Origin: a virus
Taxonomy: Duplodnaviria > Caudoviricetes
Reading direction: 5' to 3' (one strand)
Virus record (IMG/VR): IMGVR_UViG_3300027759_000342
Span: 1-28,281 of that record
DNA: 28,281 bases
The notes below the pieces were generated by a model. That model saw nothing but the letters and a program-made list of their open reading frames with translations. It did no database searches and had not been told where the DNA came from. Shown piece after piece: positions 1-5,990 of this stretch. Numbering within the stretch: position 1 is the first letter of the stretch; each line of letters starts with the position of its first letter. The translations under genes were made by a program, and so were the position numbers.

Positions 1-1
1 T

Positions 2-43
2 GCCACCATCTACTGGCAAGCAATGAAAGATCACTTCAAATGA
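2..43 (+). CDS. 3' end of an upstream gene (…ATIYWQAMKDHFK*), truncated by the window edge
   Basis: Open frame from position 2 to TGA 41-43. It overlaps the next ATG as ATGA, typical of translational coupling. Confidence 0.55.
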   Translation, partial: ATIYWQAMKDHFK

Positions 44-132
44 AAGATTGGGCCGTTAGCTTTACTGCTGCGGTCCTTCTTGTTGGGCTGATCGTTTGGT
101 GTGCCAAAGTTTTTATTGAGGTGTTGAAGTAA
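40..132 (+). CDS. 30-aa single-TM peptide (MKDWAVSFTAAVLLVGLIVWCAKVFIEVLK), lysis-region membrane protein
   Basis: Read by hand, not in the ORF track. ATGA overlap upstream and TAATG overlap with the next gene. Contains one hydrophobic helix. Confidence 0.65.
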   Translation: MKDWAVSFTAAVLLVGLIVWCAKVFIEVLK

Positions 133-614
133 TGGACCCAATTACATTGGCTCTTGCTGGCATGGCTGCTGTTCAAAAGACAGTTGCCATGATCAAGGAA
201 GTCTCAGGAACAGTGGATGATGTGCGAAGTCTTGGCCCATTGCTTGGCAAATACTTTGAGCAAAAGCATGAGGTTACCAAGGCTCTAGACCAAGCCAAAA
301 GTAGTGGTGGTTCCAACATGGGCAAGGCCATTCAAATTGAACTTGACCTTAAGTCACAGCGAGACTTTGAGGAACAGGTCAAAGGTCTGTTTTTCCCCAA
401 CAACATGGACGTATGGAATTCCATCATGGCCCGTGTTGCTGAGATGAACAAGCAAGACAAGATTGACATGCAATTGGCTCGTGATCGTGCATTGAGAGCC
501 AAGAAGGAACGTGAAGAACTTGTTGAGATTCTTATCGTTGTTGGTGGCGTAATACTGATTTTTCTCTTGGTAGGCTTTGGGGTCTACATTGTCATGGACG
601 CAAGGAGCGCATAA
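132..614 (+). CDS. Hypothetical helical/coiled-coil protein with C-terminal TM segment (lysis region)
   Basis: 160 aa, C-terminal ILIVVGGVILIFLLVGFGVYIV, tightly coupled to neighbours. Confidence 0.75.
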   Translation: MDPITLALAGMAAVQKTVAMIKEVSGTVDDVRSLGPLLGKYFEQKHEVTKALDQAKSSGGSNMGKAIQIELDLKSQRDFEEQVKGLFFPNNMDVWNSIMARVAEMNKQDKIDMQLARDRALRAKKEREELVEILIVVGGVILIFLLVGFGVYIVMDARSA

Positions 615-1118
615 ATGCTATCTCTCATCTCTACCCTTGGTGGCTTGTTAATCTCTGGCCTACCTAAGCTACTTGAATACTTTCAAAACAAAGCTGACCA
701 GAAGCATGAACTTGCTTTGGCTGCTGTTCAAAAGGAACGTGATTTAGCAATGGCTGCTGCTGGCTTTGCTGCTCAGATGCGTGTGGAAGAGATCCGTACA
801 GAGCAAGTTGCCATGCAGACTGATGCTCAGATGACCGAAGCTGCTCTTAAGCATGACGAAAAGGTGCTGGAAAAGGCAAGCAAGTGGGTCGCCAACTATG
901 TAGGGACTGTTCGCCCAACAGTCACATATATCTTTGTGCTGGAATTAGTTGCAATCAATGCTTTTATGGCAGTTTATCTGTGGAATCATCCGCATCTAAT
1001 TGGAAACATAGATGATGTTATTCAATATTCTGATCTTCTGTTTAGTGCCGATGAAATGGCCATGCTTGGCGGTTTGATGGGCTACTGGTTTGGGTCACGC
1101 GCATGGGGTAAGAAGTGA
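615..1118 (+). CDS. Putative holin-like membrane protein (GTA 3TM-holin-like)
   Basis: Hydrophobic N-terminus, VRPTVTY…TM segment and C-terminal GYWFGSR motif. Lies directly upstream of the endolysin. Confidence 0.65.
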   Translation: MLSLISTLGGLLISGLPKLLEYFQNKADQKHELALAAVQKERDLAMAAAGFAAQMRVEEIRTEQVAMQTDAQMTEAALKHDEKVLEKASKWVANYVGTVRPTVTYIFVLELVAINAFMAVYLWNHPHLIGNIDDVIQYSDLLFSADEMAMLGGLMGYWFGSRAWGKK

Positions 1119-1621
1119 AAACTTCTGAAAAAGGCATTCATTTAATGCACTATTTTGAAGGCTACCGCAACAAGCCATACAAATGCAGTGCAAAAATTTG
1201 GACGGTTGGGTGGGGCCATGCAATGTATGCCGATCAGCTACGCTTGCCCAATGTGCGAACAGAAACCTATACCGGGATGATTCGTGATGATTACCAACTT
1301 AAACCTGAGGACAACCGTGTCTGGTCAAAAGAAGAATTGGTTGAGATATTCAAGAATGACCTCGCAAGTTTTGAACGTGGTGTTTTACGACTTGTTCCCG
1401 GCTGTGTTGGGCATCAAGGCCGCTTTGACGCTTTGGTCTGTCTTGCCTATAACATAGGCTTGGGCAACCTCCAACGCTCTACCATCCGCATGAGGGCTAA
1501 TAGAGGCGATTGGGAAGGCGCTGCGGAGGCCTTCATGGCATGGACTAAGGGTGGTGGCAGAGTACTGCCTGGACTCGTTAAAAGGCGTGAGGCTGAGATT
1601 GCCTTATTCCTTCAAAACTGA
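1115..1621 (+). CDS. Endolysin, phage lysozyme (GH24)
   Basis: Catalytic triad E-x8-C-x5-T (EGYRNKPYKCSAKIWTVGWGH), FDALVCLAYNIG and GLVKRREAE motifs. GTGA overlap with the holin stop. Confidence 0.93.
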   Translation: MKTSEKGIHLMHYFEGYRNKPYKCSAKIWTVGWGHAMYADQLRLPNVRTETYTGMIRDDYQLKPEDNRVWSKEELVEIFKNDLASFERGVLRLVPGCVGHQGRFDALVCLAYNIGLGNLQRSTIRMRANRGDWEGAAEAFMAWTKGGGRVLPGLVKRREAEIALFLQN

Positions 1622-1899
1622 GATTGCTCTGTTTCTAACTGAATGAGCAATTCAATGTAGTGGATTGCTTTACGCAGGTCAGCAACACCACCTTTTTCTC
1701 TCCACCTAGTCACATACTTCACTACGTTTCCTTCACAAAAACCTAAGTTGTTTGCGTGGATGTAGATGATTGGCTGGATGGCCTTGTCTTTGTAGTGATC
1801 ACCTGATACTTGTTTATCAAGGGGTGACAACTTAACCTTGGGTATACACCCATGTGTCATGCAGTGATTGACTGTTTGGCATTCATCGCAAAGCATCAT
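1612..1899 (-). CDS. DUF3310 / T7 gp1.7-like nucleotide-kinase domain protein with N-terminal Cys cluster
   Basis: QVSGDHY…FCEGNVVKYVTRWREKGGVADLRKAIHY signature and N-terminal CxxC-x5-C-x4-C. Confidence 0.85.
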   Translation of the reverse strand: MMLCDECQTVNHCMTHGCIPKVKLSPLDKQVSGDHYKDKAIQPIIYIHANNLGFCEGNVVKYVTRWREKGGVADLRKAIHYIELLIQLETEQSQF

Positions 1900-2201
1900 T
1901 TGTCCTTGTAAAAAATACCATCAGGGCCAAGAGTTCCGGTTCTATCTTTAATCTGCTCATAGGCATGCTTAAAACACTCTACAAGGTCCAAATCAGCACA
2001 GGCGCTACCCATGACAAGGGTAACCCAGATATCGCCGTATGCGTCCTTCATTGCCTCTCTGTCGTTGGCTTGGATTGCATCAAGCAACTCTTGCGCCTCT
2101 TCTAGAGTCTTTAGAGCTTGAGCGTAAGGAGTGCTGTTCTGGACAATTTGACGGTCCTCACCCCATCTGATTACATCCATTTCAACCATTGAGTAGCTCA
2201 T
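1896..2201 (-). CDS. MazG-like nucleoside triphosphate pyrophosphohydrolase
   Basis: KTLEEAQEL…DAYGD…AYEQIKDRTG acidic ExxE/DxxD motif. Start moved to ATG 2201, which overlaps the upstream stop as ATGA. Confidence 0.85.
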   Translation of the reverse strand: MSYSMVEMDVIRWGEDRQIVQNSTPYAQALKTLEEAQELLDAIQANDREAMKDAYGDIWVTLVMGSACADLDLVECFKHAYEQIKDRTGTLGPDGIFYKDK

Positions 2202-2425
2202 GCTTGCTCCTTTGCCAACAACCAAACACGCAGACCACCTTCTTCCTTGCGGGTAGAGATTATCTTGTTTGGATACTTCTTTTTCACAGCATTAATCTGT
2301 GCCCGAATGTAGCCAATCTTCTTGCCATCAGTACAAGGGATCAGAAACGAATCACCATCTGCCATCTGGTCAAATGGGTAGGCACGGGTTGCAGTTAGTG
2401 GTATGTTTTTTTCAACTTGGTACAT
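2198..2425 (-). CDS. Small basic phage protein, probable DNA-binding (VEKNIP…YPF…M..GDSF…RVW type)
   Basis: 75 aa with a motif pattern common in phage small proteins. Function is inferred. Confidence 0.7.
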   Translation of the reverse strand: MYQVEKNIPLTATRAYPFDQMADGDSFLIPCTDGKKIGYIRAQINAVKKKYPNKIISTRKEEGGLRVWLLAKEQA

Positions 2426-2441
2426 GATTTTCTTTGTAAGG

Positions 2442-2520
2442 GAGGCCTACTCGCTGCGTCTGGTGTTTCTCTGTGGTCTCAGGCACGTTTCCCCAATAAC
2501 CAGCATCCGCTTTCGGCCTC
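2442..2520 (-). ncRNA. Candidate structured RNA: closing stem GAGGCC/GGCCUC, GAAA/GAGUA loop-E-like internal loop, inner UGC/GCA and UGGU/ACCA helices
   Basis: Fills the intergenic gap of the leftward operon almost exactly. Pairings were read directly from the sequence. Confidence 0.55.
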
Positions 2521-2525
2521 AAAAA

Positions 2526-2678
2526 TTAGAAGCAGGTGGTCGTGCAGTTTCCAGCACCATAGCAGCAGGTAGTGCATGTAATCATGCGGCTACTCTGAAT
2601 GTAGGTATGAGTTGTGCAAGAAGCCCATACTGCTGTTGCAGAAGCTGCGAGTGTCAAAGCAATGATCAGTTTTTTCAT
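2526..2678 (-). CDS. 50-aa secreted cysteine-rich peptide (MKKLIIALTLAASATAVWA|SCTTHTYIQSSRMITCTTCCYGAGNCTTTCF)
   Basis: Below the ORF-track cutoff. GGAG RBS, classic Sec signal peptide (KK, hydrophobic core, V-W-A cleavage site) and 6 Cys in the ~31-aa mature part. Confidence 0.8.
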   Translation of the reverse strand: MKKLIIALTLAASATAVWASCTTHTYIQSSRMITCTTCCYGAGNCTTTCF

Positions 2679-2692
2679 TTCAGTTCTCCAGG

Positions 2693-2947
2693 TTAAAAGG
2701 GCATGTCGTCATCAATTTCTGGCTTTGCCTTACGGGTAGGCTCAGAACTTTGACGGGGGGTCTCTTGTTTTTCACGGACAGACAGACTCAAGAAAGTTTT
2801 TCCTGTTTTCTCTGACTTCTTCTTCCATCCAGAGAGCCAGTATTCCTTACCCCCTACATTGATAGACCCGTTGTAGTCAGGGTGCTTTTCTGTTTCTTTC
2901 TTGTCATTGATAAACAATGAACCCTTGTCGGTGTTGTCGTAAGCCAT
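2693..2947 (-). CDS. Small ssDNA-binding-like protein with SSB-type acidic tail
   Basis: GSLFIN…HPDYNG…YWLSGW…FLSLSV core and C-terminal DDDMPF, resembling the bacterial SSB C-terminus. Adjacent to ERF. Confidence 0.7.
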   Translation of the reverse strand: MAYDNTDKGSLFINDKKETEKHPDYNGSINVGGKEYWLSGWKKKSEKTGKTFLSLSVREKQETPRQSSEPTRKAKPEIDDDMPF

Positions 2948-2948
2948 A

Positions 2949-3563
2949 TTAACCTTTCGCTTTTTTGAGTGCAGATCGCACAGTGGAATTCAACTGGTTT
3001 GACAGATAGACCTTCTGATCTGCTTCCAATTGCTGTTCATCAATCATGGCCAAAGCATCAACTGCCTGACCAACCTCGACTAACCCGGTAATTGAGCTTG
3101 CAAGTTCTTGCAAAAACTCCTTAACTTCTGCTGGCAGGTCATCACCAATACCGCTACGAGGGCTGATAACTGGCGCTGTACCCTTGGCTCCTGTAGTTGC
3201 GTCCAATGCATCATGCTCAACGATTTCGAGGGCTGCAACCCACAAATACCTACGGAGGTACGTTTGTACTGCCCCAAGGTTTTGGACCTCATGACAGCCC
3301 TTTAAAGCCGCTGTAGACATGGGTGATTCAATAAGAATCATCTCTTCTGTCTTTTCATTGTTGATGATCCGCATAAATGCGGTTTCTTTGCCAAAACTGA
3401 TGATGCTTGTCAAACCAATTTCATTAAAAATCTCCAAAGCCGGGATGATGAAATCACCAAGCTCAAAATACTTGTAGCCAGCAAACTTGTTGTGGCCGGA
3501 TTTCTTGAGTTGAACGCTGTGGAACTCTTTCCGAGCAGCATTAAGTTTTTGATAGACGTTCAT
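2949..3563 (-). CDS. erf: ERF-family single-strand annealing recombinase
   Basis: N-terminal VYQKL…GHNKFAGYKYFEL and ERF motif GAVQTYLRRY. Start moved to MNVYQ. Confidence 0.88.
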   Translation of the reverse strand: MNVYQKLNAARKEFHSVQLKKSGHNKFAGYKYFELGDFIIPALEIFNEIGLTSIISFGKETAFMRIINNEKTEEMILIESPMSTAALKGCHEVQNLGAVQTYLRRYLWVAALEIVEHDALDATTGAKGTAPVISPRSGIGDDLPAEVKEFLQELASSITGLVEVGQAVDALAMIDEQQLEADQKVYLSNQLNSTVRSALKKAKG

Positions 3564-3564
3564 T

Positions 3565-3753
3565 TCATTTCCAATTTGCTGAGTCGTATTCGTCTTGGAT
3601 GATTTGATTCTGTGTCTCATCATCAAAGTCCTGGAACTCTAAAAAGTGGTTCTCACCACAGCAAGAGCGTTTGTCGTTACGGGGTTCCATGCAATAAGGG
3701 CAATACTGCACGTCATGCAGGTCTTCTTTGGCCTGTTGCAGAAAGTCTTTCAT
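3565..3753 (-). CDS. Small putative Zn-binding protein
   Basis: YCPYC…SCCGENH, coupled to neighbours. Confidence 0.7.
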   Translation of the reverse strand: MKDFLQQAKEDLHDVQYCPYCMEPRNDKRSCCGENHFLEFQDFDDETQNQIIQDEYDSANWK

Positions 3754-4058
3754 TTCATCTCCAATACAAATACACGGGCTGTGGTCTTGGTGTAGTACAT
3801 CTGTCCCTTAACAAGCCAAGGCTTTTTATTGCGTATGACGTAAGAGCGCAGTGCCTGTGCAACCTTATCGCAATCCTTTGGTTGGCAAGAGAGGGATTTC
3901 CCTATGTCTAGATCCTTAAACACTGAGTCGTACTTGTAGAACCGAGCAACACGTTTCTTTGGTTGATCAGTAGTGACACGCAAGGTAGACAGGTCTACTT
4001 CCTTGACGTTACGAAATGGGCTTTTGCCAGCAAAGGTGGTCTTGATGACGTTGCTCAT
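3750..4058 (-). CDS. Basic hypothetical protein, likely distant paralog of 2198-2425
   Basis: KYDSVFKDLDIGKS…ARVF pattern. Start at ATG 4058 overlaps the upstream stop. Confidence 0.7.
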   Translation of the reverse strand: MSNVIKTTFAGKSPFRNVKEVDLSTLRVTTDQPKKRVARFYKYDSVFKDLDIGKSLSCQPKDCDKVAQALRSYVIRNKKPWLVKGQMYYTKTTARVFVLEMK

Positions 4059-4207
4059 GGCTTTGTCACCGGGGTTGCGAGGAGCCATTTGTCACCCAGG
4101 AAGCGAATGGACTTGACCCATTGCTTGCAGTTGTGACGCTGTGTGTGTGTTGGAACACCATTGATGCAAAACAACTTTCGCACCTTTTTCAATGCTTGAA
4201 CATTCAT
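4055..4207 (-). CDS. 50-aa basic hypothetical protein (MNVQALKKVRKLF…WVKSIRFLGDKWLLATPVTKP), first gene of the leftward operon
   Basis: Read by hand. Strong AAGGAG RBS and ATGA overlap with the next gene. Confidence 0.75.
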   Translation of the reverse strand: MNVQALKKVRKLFCINGVPTHTQRHNCKQWVKSIRFLGDKWLLATPVTKP

Positions 4208-4237
4208 TTCAATCTCCTTTTTGTTAAAGCAGATGTG

Positions 4238-4316
4238 AATGTATCAGGTTTTTTATCTGTTTTATCTAGGGGTTTACCCTGTATGGTGGATTGTATTTTT
4301 GAGTTAGGCTTACGCT
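4238..4316. promoter_or_regulatory. Divergent promoter pair around a palindromic site (AGGGGTTTACCCTG, 4268-4281)
   Basis: Leftward TGn-TACATT (4238-4246) and rightward TAGGCT (4305-4310) lie 31.5 and 30.5 bp from the palindrome centre. Neither has a good -35. Confidence 0.55.
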
Positions 4317-4508
4317 ATGAGACACCAAACACACGAAATCGCATTGGCCTACGAGCTAATTGTTCAAGCAGCAGACCGTCTAGAGCCATTGCTGGACATA
4401 GATGACCTAGACGCTGGTGTTGTTGCTGCACTAGCAACAGCCATTGAGATAGCATCCAGTAGAAAACTTAAGGAGTTACATGAAATCTACCAAACCAAGT
4501 CCATTTAA
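4317..4508 (+). CDS. Small acidic helical hypothetical protein, possibly leaderless
   Basis: 63 aa with no SD. ATG lies 7 nt after the putative -10. Confidence 0.65.
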   Translation: MRHQTHEIALAYELIVQAADRLEPLLDIDDLDAGVVAALATAIEIASSRKLKELHEIYQTKSI

Positions 4509-4632
4509 TTGGCAAGCAAAAGGTTCGTCCTTGTTCACAAAAACAGAGAAGTCAAACATGAATGCTCTGGCTGTGACCAAGAAGACAGAGCGTAAGGAAC
4601 TGAAAATTTACTCAAAGGCAGGTGCAAAATGA
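4480..4632 (+). CDS. 50-aa basic hypothetical protein (MKSTKPSPFNWQ…)
   Basis: Read by hand. TAAGGAG RBS and ATGA coupling to the next ORF. Confidence 0.65.
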   Translation: MKSTKPSPFNWQAKGSSLFTKTEKSNMNALAVTKKTERKELKIYSKAGAK

Positions 4633-4805
4633 TCTTCAATTCATCAGCAGAGTTTCCTAGGGCTGGTTTGACACCAGATGAGAACGGTGAGTACCATATG
4701 GGCTTATCGGAGATGGCACGGTTCAATGCTTTTCAGGAGCAGCAACAGCGTGACCGAGAGTTTGAACAGCGTCTTGATCGTTGGATGACAGATGATTGGA
4801 ACTAA
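4629..4805 (+). CDS. 58-aa acidic hypothetical protein (MIFNSSAEFPRAG…WMTDDWN)
   Basis: Read by hand. ATGA overlap, fills the operon gap. Confidence 0.6.
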   Translation: MIFNSSAEFPRAGLTPDENGEYHMGLSEMARFNAFQEQQQRDREFEQRLDRWMTDDWN

Positions 4806-4807
4806 CA

Positions 4808-4960
4808 ATGCCTAAAGGTTTATATGCGGCAATTCATGCAAAACGTGAGCGAATTGAGGGAGGCAGTAAGGAGAAAATGCGGAAGCCTGGAAGCAAAGGC
4901 GCTCCATCTGCTGCTGACTTTAAGAAGTCGGCTAAGACTGCCAAAAAAGTGAATAAGTGA
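4808..4960 (+). CDS. 50-aa Lys-rich phage protein (MPKGLYAAIHAKRERIEGGSKEKMRKPGSKGAPSAADFKKSAKTAKK…)
   Basis: Read by hand. The GLYA.IHAKRERI…MRKPGSKGAP pattern is one I recognise from aquatic phages. Function unknown. Confidence 0.75.
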   Translation: MPKGLYAAIHAKRERIEGGSKEKMRKPGSKGAPSAADFKKSAKTAKKVNK

Positions 4961-4966
4961 TATAGT
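4938..4966 (+). promoter_or_regulatory. Sigma70-type promoter CTGCCA-17-TATAGT with extended -10 (TGn)
   Basis: Spacing 17, TGA-TATAGT at 4958-4966, immediately before the two-hairpin element. Confidence 0.5.
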
Positions 4967-4976
4967 TTAGCTAGAC

Positions 4977-5019
4977 GGCTTAGGTGTGGCGTGGTCGAGA
5001 CGCTGATTACATCTAAGCC
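4977..5019 (+). ncRNA. Hairpin 1 of the kissing-loop element (loop GGUCGAG)
   Basis: GGCTTAGGTGT/ACATCTAAGCC (11 bp) plus GGCGT/ACGCT (5 bp), 7-nt loop at 4993-4999. Confidence 0.7.
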
Positions 5020-5030
5020 CTCACAGGCTG

Positions 5031-5077
5031 ACCCCTGAAGGTCTGGTGCTCGACCCACCAGCTTTCAGGGGTTTTTT
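5031..5077 (+). terminator. Intrinsic terminator/attenuator (hairpin 2, loop CUCGACC complementary to the hairpin 1 loop)
   Basis: ACCCCTGAAGG/CTTTCAGGGGT plus CTGGTG/CACCAG, followed by a T-run. Confidence 0.8.
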
Positions 5078-5090
5078 ATTTGGAGTTCAA

Positions 5091-5303
5091 ATGAACGATA
5101 AAGAATTGAGGGATCACTTTGCAGGTTTGGCAATGGCTTCATGGATGACGGGAGTTCATCGAGATGCCAAACATCCTGTGTCTGGGAAGTTTGCCAAGGT
5201 ATTGGCTTGTGCTTCATATCTGATGGCTGATGCAATGATATCTGCCAGGCTGGATTCAACAGAAGAATTGTTGAATAAATTGGAGATTGGCAATGAGCTT
5301 TGA
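5091..5303 (+). CDS. Small phage protein of the 'LRDxFAxxAM…AYxMADAM' type
   Basis: LRDHFAGLAM…SYLMADAMISAR. GGAG RBS before ATG 5091. Confidence 0.8.
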   Translation: MNDKELRDHFAGLAMASWMTGVHRDAKHPVSGKFAKVLACASYLMADAMISARLDSTEELLNKLEIGNEL

Positions 5304-5979
5304 AGTCATGGCTTGGGCTGTAAAGCAAAAAACAGCCAACTCTGGTCAGCAACTTGTTCTGTTGCTTCTTGCAAACCACACAAATGGTCATACAGGCCAA
5401 TGCAATCCATCGCACAAACTTTTAGCTGAAGAGTGTCGAATGGGTTTGTCAACATTAAAAAACCACATAAAAGGTCTTGAAGAGGCAGGTTTTCTTAGGA
5501 TTGTTCACATCTCTAGAGAAGGTGTGAGTCTTCCAAATCAATATATTCTTGGAGGGGTAGGTCAGAATCTGGCTGACGGTGGGTCAGATCTTGACCGACA
5601 GGTGGGTCAGAATCTGGCTACAAAACAGGAAGATAAACCAGTAATTAAACCTAGTAAGAGAGCAACAAGATTATCTGAAGATTTTCTTGTGCCAGATGAG
5701 TGGAAAAATTGGGCAACGGTTAACCGACCAGATTTGAATGTCAATTTAGTTGCAGCAACATTTGTTGATTACTGGATTTCTCGTGCTGATGCTGGTGCTG
5801 CTAAGACCAATTGGCTTGCAACATGGAGGAATTGGGTTAGAAATTCCAAAGCTGCTTTTGTCAAGCCAATCTCTCTTGCTGAACGAGCAACCAACATTGC
5901 TCTTGGTAGACCAGCAGACCAAAGACTACCAACCCCTGAAGAACAAGCTGAACGTCAAAAACGTATTGCACTCCGTTGA
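5293..5979 (+). CDS. Replication initiator (lambda O-like, N-terminal winged HTH)
   Basis: MAWA…LVLLLLAN…CNPSHKLLAEEC…LEEAGFL wHTH, internal iterons and C-terminal FVDYW…NWLATWRNWVR domain. Confidence 0.85.
   Translation: MSFEVMAWAVKQKTANSGQQLVLLLLANHTNGHTGQCNPSHKLLAEECRMGLSTLKNHIKGLEEAGFLRIVHISREGVSLPNQYILGGVGQNLADGGSDLDRQVGQNLATKQEDKPVIKPSKRATRLSEDFLVPDEWKNWATVNRPDLNVNLVAATFVDYWISRADAGAAKTNWLATWRNWVRNSKAAFVKPISLAERATNIALGRPADQRLPTPEEQAERQKRIALR
5560..5619 (+). repeat. Iterons / putative replication origin inside the initiator gene
   Basis: GGTCAGAATCTGGCT at 5560 and 5605, GGTCAGATCTTGACC at 5582. Spacing 22-23 bp, each a hyphenated palindrome, followed by an A-rich tract. Confidence 0.75.
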
Positions 5980-5990
5980 AAGGCAATGTA

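Noticed and set aside
2455-2480. CAGAGAAACAC on the minus strand resembles the hairpin-ribozyme loop B strand
   Set aside because: The partner strand GUAUAUUAC and the loop A N^GUC/AGAA pair are absent. Hammerhead CUGAUGA is also absent.
2403-2696. 97-aa plus-strand Cys-rich ORF in the ORF track
   Set aside because: It is antisense to the leftward operon. The region is better explained by the minus-strand signal-peptide ORF and the RNA element.
3891-3904. GAGGGATTTCCCTA, similar to the palindromic operator
   Set aside because: It lies within a CDS with no associated -10. Possibly chance, so it was not counted.
4140-4150. (TG)5 dinucleotide run as a phase-variation tract
   Set aside because: Short, and simply encodes Thr-His-Thr in an intact 50-aa ORF.
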